This document shows, in pieces, positions 57,424-64,000 of a stretch of DNA of 64,000 nt. The first letter of the stretch is position 1. The number at the start of each line of letters is the position of its first letter. The DNA comes from a virus. Location of the stretch: the IMG/VR virus record IMGVR_UViG_3300045988_144754; one strand, written 5' to 3'. The notes beneath the pieces are model-generated. The model was given only the letters and a program-made list of their open reading frames with translations. It did not search any database and had not been told where the DNA came from. The translations under genes and the position numbers were made by a program.

Positions 57424-57687
57424 TTATCTCTTTCTTCGCTTCGCCTTGCGTCGTTCTTGCAGATTGTGCCGCACAAGTGGCGTAATGGTAAACGATGGCG
57501 ACCCATCTGACATGATAAAACGGACAATCCTCTTTATATTGCCTTCAAGAAAATCGTCTATAGTATCCACTACAGCGCTGAGAATCTCGATTTGCGATTT
57601 CTTCTCACCAGTCTGCTGCTCATACAAATAACGGATATATTCCGAATTAACGGTCACAATGTATTGTCTTCCTTTATGTATCTTCAT
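57424..57687 (-). CDS. hypothetical protein
   Basis: 87-aa ORF. Confidence 0.3.
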   Translation of the reverse strand: MKIHKGRQYIVTVNSEYIRYLYEQQTGEKKSQIEILSAVVDTIDDFLEGNIKRIVRFIMSDGSPSFTITPLVRHNLQERRKAKRRKR

Positions 57688-57713
57688 TGTCCTCTATATT
57701 TTTGTGAATACAG

Positions 57714-58115
57714 TTATTTGAATTTTATGATAAAGAACTCGGTATCGAGCCATTTGTCGGGACACATACCTTTCTTAGGCTTACCGATGCTGATACTGTC
57801 AATCTCCTTTTCTACCTTTGGACTATCGTCATAGTAGCCGTTCTTGAAGAGAACGTGAGTGAATGGTACGAACTTCATTGTACCATTATTCAGTTTCTCC
57901 TTGATGGTATCGATGTCTATAAGCATCTCAAAAGTCTTACCGATATGAAGCTTATCGTACTTATCGAAATCTTTGCATTCCTCATCCTTGATAAGGAGAA
58001 GGCGACTCATCCAAAAGTCTTTAATTATCCGATACTCCTCGGTCTTTTCGCCAGTCACAATCATGTCGAACCATTGCTTGCTGACTGTGAGGGTAAGAAC
58101 CTTTTCTGTTTTCAT
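57714..58115 (-). CDS. hypothetical protein
   Basis: 133-aa ORF. Confidence 0.4.
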   Translation of the reverse strand: MKTEKVLTLTVSKQWFDMIVTGEKTEEYRIIKDFWMSRLLLIKDEECKDFDKYDKLHIGKTFEMLIDIDTIKEKLNNGTMKFVPFTHVLFKNGYYDDSPKVEKEIDSISIGKPKKGMCPDKWLDTEFFIIKFK

Positions 58116-58127
58116 ACGCTACTCTTC

Positions 58128-58913
58128 TTAATCTTTTGGCTTTTCAATCAAGAATCCGATGCTGGCATGAATGTTACCAAGCTTATACCACTTTTGGCTG
58201 ATAGTCATTACGTAACTGCTGAAGGCTTTATCTTCAATTTCCAATTCAAATTCCTCATCGGTATCAGGCTCGCCGTGTCTTACGTAACCTTTACCAGGAG
58301 TATAGATTAGACGATGATAACCACCATTCTGACAGAGATACAGACCGCTGTTCTCATAATCCGAACTCCAAAATTCCGGCTTATTTATATAGCAGAGCAT
58401 CACATCACCATCGTAGATAGGGATATGTGATTTCTTGCCTTCGTTCTCACCTACATACTCCCTGGCATCAACATAATCTACCTGTCGGGCGGTAGTCATC
58501 AATACATAGCCATTTTTTATCATTTCGGCTATCTCGACAAACGAAGCCTGACATTGCAGATCAAACTCCTTCTGGATACATTCATCACCTTTTTCAAATA
58601 TGGCAAGGATTCTTGAATTTCCATACGCACCAGAGGCAGAGGAATCTTTAACAAGACTATTCAGCATCTGTAATTTGCGAGCTTCCTGCGCCATACTTAT
58701 CATAGTGTGAAAATAGTCGTCTGATTTATCGTTGATACACCAATACAGCCCGGAAGCCACCTTGCGCAAATAGCCGTACATATCCATCGCCACACGCTCC
58801 GAAATGCCATGCTGCATACACACGAACTTGTATTGATCTGGATAAAAATGTTCTACCAAATTGCAGAATGCCTGCATATTTTTGATGGTGCTTACATATT
58901 CTTCTGTTTTCAT
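58128..58913 (-). CDS. hypothetical protein
   Basis: 261-aa ORF. Confidence 0.4.
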   Translation of the reverse strand: MKTEEYVSTIKNMQAFCNLVEHFYPDQYKFVCMQHGISERVAMDMYGYLRKVASGLYWCINDKSDDYFHTMISMAQEARKLQMLNSLVKDSSASGAYGNSRILAIFEKGDECIQKEFDLQCQASFVEIAEMIKNGYVLMTTARQVDYVDAREYVGENEGKKSHIPIYDGDVMLCYINKPEFWSSDYENSGLYLCQNGGYHRLIYTPGKGYVRHGEPDTDEEFELEIEDKAFSSYVMTISQKWYKLGNIHASIGFLIEKPKD

Positions 58914-58916
58914 ACG

Positions 58917-59312
58917 CTACTCATTTATTTTTAACTTCTCAAAATAGAACACTACAGGGGCATCAAATGCAGGAATAAGTAAACCGTATGCAATACTCAT
59001 GTTTACTTGAAATTTAGCTGCACCTCTCAGCAACCCTTCTGCCTGTTGCTTGATGGCATTTCTGAACTGCTCGACGCTCATATCACGTTTGCGAAAATTA
59101 CAGGCACGGCAAGAAGGCATATAGTTGCTGATTTTATCTTCTCCGTGGGAAACTATGAATTTCCCATCCTTAGCACTCCAGCGAGAGTAATAACCTCTAT
59201 TTTTGGGAACAATATGATCGACCTGCATGTCCTCGTACTTTATCGATTTTCCACAATAAGCACAATGACCATCATACATTTTGTAAACGCGAAGCCGTTC
59301 TTCTTTCTTCAC
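58917..59312 (-). CDS. HNH endonuclease
   Basis: CAYCGKSIKYEDMQVDHIVPKNRG...CRACNFRK is the HNH motif with its zinc-ligand cysteines. Confidence 0.75.
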   Translation of the reverse strand: MKKEERLRVYKMYDGHCAYCGKSIKYEDMQVDHIVPKNRGYYSRWSAKDGKFIVSHGEDKISNYMPSCRACNFRKRDMSVEQFRNAIKQQAEGLLRGAAKFQVNMSIAYGLLIPAFDAPVVFYFEKLKINE

Positions 59313-59315
59313 ACG

Positions 59316-59711
59316 CTATTCCTCCAACTTTAAAGAAGTACCGCTTATCTTGCTTTCTTTAATAAAGTTATTAACGTCTTCTTTTAAATTGTTTCCACAA
59401 TCTTTTTGCAACTCTGCTATCTTTTTGTAGCCGAACCCGGCTTCTCTACAGAGTTCTGCAGCTATCTGGTAGTCCTGGACAAAACTAATAACGTTCTGAA
59501 TGACTGACCACTGGCCTCGCTCAAAGTCGGTAATGCTGTCATTTTTAGGAATACCTAACGCCTTATTGCACAACCCGCATACTCTGACCATTTCTTTTTC
59601 AAGCTGTTCAAAAGAGTACTGCCTCCAGTGATATGTAAGATAGCTTGCACTACCCAATGCTTCTTTAACTTTTTTATCCATAACTAATCCTCCTCTTTCA
59701 TATAAGGACAA
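59316..59711 (-). CDS. hypothetical protein
   Basis: 131-aa ORF. Confidence 0.4.
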   Translation of the reverse strand: MSLYERGGLVMDKKVKEALGSASYLTYHWRQYSFEQLEKEMVRVCGLCNKALGIPKNDSITDFERGQWSVIQNVISFVQDYQIAAELCREAGFGYKKIAELQKDCGNNLKEDVNNFIKESKISGTSLKLEE

Positions 59712-59780
59712 GCAACTACCTTTCGATAGTACTTACACTTATCCTTGTAATCACAAAAATCGCAAAAACAATACGCCATA

Positions 59781-60188
59781 CTATTCAACTTTTACGCCAA
59801 ATGGAACTCCGTCAGCAAAAACAAATCTACCGAAAATCTCTGCGAAAGATATAACAGTTGGCGAATCATACGAAACACCAGTGGTAGCCACCTTTGTGAT
59901 ACTATCTCTTATATTATTAAGCCTATCATACGTATATCCAAACGGTTGATGTTTTTGCATTTCCTGCCAGCACTCTTCTGCATTTGCAAATGGGCGATAC
60001 TTTGGTTCTTGCTCTGGCTTGATGCGATACTCATGACCTTTCATATACCACAAATCTTTTACCTCAGTCCAATCATCCGAAAAACCAGAACCTTTTATAA
60101 AATCTGGTTTTAGCCTACACTTAATTACCTTTCCTTCAGCAAAAGCCTGCAGGATAGGATAAAATTCTTTTGCTTGATTTCTATCCAT
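59781..60188 (-). CDS. hypothetical protein
   Basis: 135-aa ORF. Confidence 0.4.
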   Translation of the reverse strand: MDRNQAKEFYPILQAFAEGKVIKCRLKPDFIKGSGFSDDWTEVKDLWYMKGHEYRIKPEQEPKYRPFANAEECWQEMQKHQPFGYTYDRLNNIRDSITKVATTGVSYDSPTVISFAEIFGRFVFADGVPFGVKVE

Positions 60189-60243
60189 AATTAATCATTT
60201 TTATATTCTTCCTATCCATTCTCCCATAAGGGATGATTAGTTA

Positions 60244-60456
60244 CTAAAACTCATCAAACTCTTTCCGAAATCTCTGTTCTGTTTCTGATACAAGTTGCGA
60301 GAATTTAGCGTTGAACTCTTTGTCGCATTTGAGCAAAACATCAAGACACTCTCCAAGTGTTATCTTACCAGCAGTTTCTGGCATTGTTAGCCTTTCCGCT
60401 TTTGGAATTAAACTTTTAGCTAAAAGATTAGCACGTTCTAATTGTTCTTTATTCAT
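60244..60456 (-). CDS. hypothetical protein
   Basis: 70-aa ORF. Confidence 0.3.
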   Translation of the reverse strand: MNKEQLERANLLAKSLIPKAERLTMPETAGKITLGECLDVLLKCDKEFNAKFSQLVSETEQRFRKEFDEF

Positions 60457-60487
60457 TGTTATTCTTTTTATGCCCGAGAGCGATTAG

Positions 60488-61252
60488 TTACTCAATACCG
60501 TATGCCTCTGGCAACTTCTTGATAATATCACCGCCATAAGCATCTTGCGTTAATTTGACGAACTCACGAACGGATGTCTTACCATCAAGGGATAACCCTT
60601 TGTTTGACATAAAAGCTTCTCTGCCCATACGACAGGAGCCGGTAAGCACGTGGTGATAGACGAACAAATCCATGTTGTCATACTTAACATCGTACTCAGG
60701 AAACTGCTTCTTGAAAGCTTCGATTCGTTCCTCTTCGGTGCTGTCGTCGTACAGCTTTTCCTGAAGAGACATGAAAGCATCTTTTAGAGTGAAGCCATGA
60801 GCAAACTGATTGTTCTCTTTGACAATATAGCAAGGTTCAAATTGTAGGTCATTTTTAACGATGAAGCCTTTCGCTATATTATTACGGATTGACTTAAATA
60901 TAGTAGGAATATCGTCTACCATATAGATTTCTTTACCATTAATTTCTTTTATGCCATCACCATAGCCTTTGCCAGAGCCTGTGCAATATAAGGATCCAGA
61001 GCCACAATCATTGCCATCGTCATAGGTGCCATAGGTGCTATAGTTAGAGCCATGACCTAAGCCAGAGTCAGAACCATAACCCATGCCATCACCAGAGCCA
61101 TCGCCATCTCCATCGCCATTTCCAGAGCAACCACCCCCAGAGCCTTTGCCATAGAAATCGCAAGAGCCATAGCCATCGCCAGAGCCATAGCCATCGCCAT
61201 AGCCAACATCAACAGCTAAGAACTTCTTAATTTTCTCCTCTAACATTTCCAT
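60488..61252 (-). CDS. protein with N-terminal Gly/Asp/Tyr/Ser low-complexity repeat
   Basis: GYGDGYGSGDGYGS...GNGDGDGDGSGDGMGYGSDSG, followed by a globular C-terminal domain. Confidence 0.4.
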   Translation of the reverse strand: MEMLEEKIKKFLAVDVGYGDGYGSGDGYGSCDFYGKGSGGGCSGNGDGDGDGSGDGMGYGSDSGLGHGSNYSTYGTYDDGNDCGSGSLYCTGSGKGYGDGIKEINGKEIYMVDDIPTIFKSIRNNIAKGFIVKNDLQFEPCYIVKENNQFAHGFTLKDAFMSLQEKLYDDSTEEERIEAFKKQFPEYDVKYDNMDLFVYHHVLTGSCRMGREAFMSNKGLSLDGKTSVREFVKLTQDAYGGDIIKKLPEAYGIE

Positions 61253-61536
61253 ACTTCAACATCCTCAATAGATTTGATTGCCTTGTCTGTACAAGGGATA
61301 ATCTCAATAGCATCTAAGATAGTGATGCTATCTACAGTTACCGTAAACTTGCAAGATGATGGATCCGTTGTTCCGTCCTTGGCAAGCTGAGACAAGGAAG
61401 CCGCTCCAGCCCAAAACCAAATGCGGCGAGCATCCTTCAAAGTTACCTCTCTACCTTTGTGTTCTACAAGTTCTCCAAACTCCACTCCGCTTTTGTCGCC
61501 GCGGATGATTACTTTCTTTCCGATATTTGTTTCCAT
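61240..61536 (-). CDS. hypothetical protein
   Basis: 98-aa ORF. Confidence 0.35.
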   Translation of the reverse strand: METNIGKKVIIRGDKSGVEFGELVEHKGREVTLKDARRIWFWAGAASLSQLAKDGTTDPSSCKFTVTVDSITILDAIEIIPCTDKAIKSIEDVEVWKC

Positions 61537-61560
61537 TATTTGAAATATTTTTTGATTAAT

Positions 61561-62178
61561 TTATTTTTTGTTGTTTTGACTGAAGACGTAAACAGGGAGG
61601 GCGTTGGGATGAGGAAGATACCATCCAGGCTTGTTAATTTCGCAACGAGTGAAAATTTCTGTACCTTCTCCTGTTGTATATACCCATAAATAACCGTAGT
61701 CAGCAGGAACCTGCCAACACAGCAATGCTATCGTCCAATATAACTGAACCTCCCAAGGCTTCTCGTTAGAGAAAGGAAAGGAACTCCGACAGACGAAGGG
61801 GATATTACTCCAGAAAGACATCACGTCGCTTGCCAACTTGCGCGTCCAGAAAACTGAATTTTCGCACGTCGCCTCAAGATGGAAACCTAAAGGGTCACAG
61901 TAATAAACACGGCGGTGGTGAGCCAGAGATATACTGTTATCAGAAGGCATGTCTAATTTTTGAGTGATTAAATCTCTTTTATCTGCTATCCACACGTCAC
62001 AGCCGAGTCCTGATGGTACTCCGTCTGCAGCGGTGTCCACGTCCACTTGAAGTCTCCTCCATGCTAAGTTCAGTTGTTCTTTATCATCAATGCCTCCTAT
62101 TTTCATTGCGCTGTCAATGAAGTCGGAAGGTAGGTCGAAAGTTTCCATCTCGTTAAAAAATACAGATTTCATATACAC
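61561..62178 (-). CDS. hypothetical protein
   Basis: 205-aa ORF. Confidence 0.4.
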   Translation of the reverse strand: MYMKSVFFNEMETFDLPSDFIDSAMKIGGIDDKEQLNLAWRRLQVDVDTAADGVPSGLGCDVWIADKRDLITQKLDMPSDNSISLAHHRRVYYCDPLGFHLEATCENSVFWTRKLASDVMSFWSNIPFVCRSSFPFSNEKPWEVQLYWTIALLCWQVPADYGYLWVYTTGEGTEIFTRCEINKPGWYLPHPNALPVYVFSQNNKK

Positions 62179-62804
62179 TCTGCCTGATCCTTGTTCAGTT
62201 CCTGGTACTCCTTCTCTTTCTGCTCCAACAGCTCTTCAAGCGACAGGGTGGTATTGACGAGTCGAGCAGTGATATCGTTGTATGGCAGACAGAAGCTGTA
62301 ACCTTCGTTGTCGGTAGTGCGGAAAGGATAATGGTCCTCACGGTCGTCATGCCATGCAAAGATGGCAGCACGCCATTCGGAGTTTCGGAAGTCGCGGACA
62401 AGCACTTTCTCGAAAGGATCAAACTTGTATGTCTGCATAGCATTCATAAAACCTCTAAGTTCTATCAGATAACGCTCGTGAAGTCGACGTTCCAGTTCTT
62501 TCTTCGTCTCGTCAAGCTCATTTTTTACATATTCCCCGGCAAAATCGCCGTTTTGATTATCGTCACTCTTGTTCAGGAAACAAGACAGACGGGAAACAGC
62601 AAACTTGATAATATCCATCACGAAGATGATGACAAACAACACATTGAATATTGCCACGCAGCATGAACGGTATATCGGCAAGTCCACGTCGGGGAAAAGC
62701 TTCACTACGAACATTTCGAATAAAACTACGGCGGTCAAAATCGCTGCAAATACTATCAGAGCTGTTACTAAACTGGCACTGATGGTTTTAAATATTTTCT
62801 TCAT
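62169..62804 (-). CDS. membrane protein
   Basis: 211 aa with two N-terminal TM helices. Confidence 0.4.
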   Translation of the reverse strand: MKKIFKTISASLVTALIVFAAILTAVVLFEMFVVKLFPDVDLPIYRSCCVAIFNVLFVIIFVMDIIKFAVSRLSCFLNKSDDNQNGDFAGEYVKNELDETKKELERRLHERYLIELRGFMNAMQTYKFDPFEKVLVRDFRNSEWRAAIFAWHDDREDHYPFRTTDNEGYSFCLPYNDITARLVNTTLSLEELLEQKEKEYQELNKDQAECI

Positions 62805-62861
62805 TTGATGTTTATTGATGTTTTTATTATTCTTTTTATATTAGTTGACATTTTCTCTTTT

Positions 62862-63251
62862 TCACTCTTCCTCTGGGAAGAGTGACGGATTAGCCAGCTT
62901 CCGCTTCGCCTCCATCGCAGCCATCTCCTTGATGCGTTCCGACCGCAGGCGAAACTCCTCGGCCTTGAGTGCTTTCTTCAGTTCAGCGCGATCGACTCGG
63001 TTGTTGGCCTGTACGACACGGATGAAACGCTCCCTGCCCAACTTTTTGTAAGATGGAATAAACTCGCTGTCTATCAGGTCGGCTGGCTCATTGGGCGGTA
63101 TGTACGTCCAGTTTCGGTTGCCCTCCTTGTTGACAACATAAAAGGTATGTTGCTTGCCATCGTCGCCTTTCACGACGATACCGCCCGTATGTCGGGCGAT
63201 GCTGAAGCAGGAAGTCATCCAACTCTCCTTGGTCATTAATATACTTTTCAT
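62862..63251 (-). CDS. hypothetical protein
   Basis: 129-aa ORF. Preceded by the conserved promoter/operator module at 63386..63472. Confidence 0.4.
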   Translation of the reverse strand: MKSILMTKESWMTSCFSIARHTGGIVVKGDDGKQHTFYVVNKEGNRNWTYIPPNEPADLIDSEFIPSYKKLGRERFIRVVQANNRVDRAELKKALKAEEFRLRSERIKEMAAMEAKRKLANPSLFPEEE

Positions 63252-63385
63252 GCCGAAAACTCCTCACATTTTTCTATCCGTTGATACTGCAGGTCAGACA
63301 AACGAGGCAAGACAATGAAGTCTGCGATAAGTTGTAGTGGTTTTTGTTTACCATATTGTAATATCTCGAATATGTTATTATTTAT

Positions 63386-63472
63386 TTCGTTGCAAATTTA
63401 AGAAATAAAGTCGTAATCACAAAATATCTCGGGTATTTTGTTGTACTTTTCGGTGATATTTAAGATATTTTT
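63386..63472 (-). promoter_or_regulatory. conserved upstream module with palindromic operator (copy 2)
   Basis: aaaatatc-tcg-ggtatttt at 63421..63439. Upstream of 62862..63251. Confidence 0.5.
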
Positions 63473-64000
63473 AACAATAGTCCGTTGATAAGTCAGAAAT
63501 GTGGTTAGCAGATATGTATATAATAGCAATACGCCCTGAAGGAGCAGAAGCTCTTACAGGGCGTACTGATTGTGCCCATAACAATCAAGGGCTAAGAGCT
63601 GCTGCCCTTTCAGGACGTGTAGGGAAGAACAACTTTATCACTACCCTTCTCGGTAGAAGTCGTCATTATCGCTAAACCGCGACTTGCTTGTGTCCTTCTT
63701 CTCGTCATCACCTGGCTCGGGCTTGCCGAACAGTGTGAGCAAACAGGCAATGACGAAAGTACACAACATATAGATAAAAAACAAATACACGATGAAATTC
63801 AACATACGCGTCCTAATCTTCGTCGCTGCCGTGGCTGCTCACGAGCGACGACTTGACATCATCATACATAGCCATTTCCAACTTCTCTCCGTCGTAATGA
63901 CCAACAGCCAAGAGCTGTCCGTTCTCCTCGGTGGCAGAGTCGGCGGTGGTAGCAGACGCACGGATGATGAGAATGTCGAACTCACGTATCAGATTAGGCA

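Noticed and set aside
1-64000. Integrase, attachment sites, tRNA genes
   Set aside because: No tyrosine or serine recombinase motif-bearing ORF and no obvious tRNA-like sequence was recognised by eye. I cannot say whether this is a prophage or a free phage. A tRNAscan or Aragorn run would be decisive for tRNAs.

Overview
The window reads as a contiguous 64 kb piece of a tailed dsDNA phage or prophage of a Bacteroidales-type host. Evidence for the host: several TAnnTTTG -7 promoter boxes, a Bacteroidetes-type HU-like protein, and lipobox lipoproteins. I saw no integrase, tRNA or CRISPR array. The layout is three blocks.

1. Minus-strand morphogenesis block (216..39269):
- virion genes: collagen-like tail fibre, large virion proteins, a 1983-aa tape-measure-like protein, an S49 protease-scaffold fusion and a capsid candidate
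- lysis genes: a GH108 endolysin plus a holin-like protein
- nucleotide and replication genes: ThyX, a guanylate-kinase-like kinase and a primase-like VirE_N/PriCT_2 protein
- morons: an acyl carrier protein plus a beta-ketoacyl-ACP synthase inside the tail-fibre operon, and a LysR regulator between the capsid candidate and the small virion proteins

2. Plus-strand block (39468..45740): a PAPS-reductase-family protein, an NPPY methyltransferase, a PF01555-type methyltransferase and the large terminase.

3. Minus-strand accessory block (45845..63251): many small genes, including:
- a radical SAM protein
- two YopX paralogs
- an HNH endonuclease
- a C5 cytosine methyltransferase with permuted motif order
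- other paralog pairs and gene relics

Structure not explained by the genes:
- arrays of GTG-N4-CAC inverted-repeat sites at 22-bp spacing in front of two operons
- duplicated promoter modules, one carrying the 3' stub of a third PF01555 methyltransferase
- inverted methyltransferase paralogs flanking about 27 kb
- 30-bp tandem iterons, and an AT-rich iteron-bearing region next to the primase-like gene
- a GC-rich island of frameshifted C5-methyltransferase fragments with an 11-nt poly-C tract
- repeat cassettes carrying small conserved ORFs

All functional calls are from motif recognition by eye. No searches were run.
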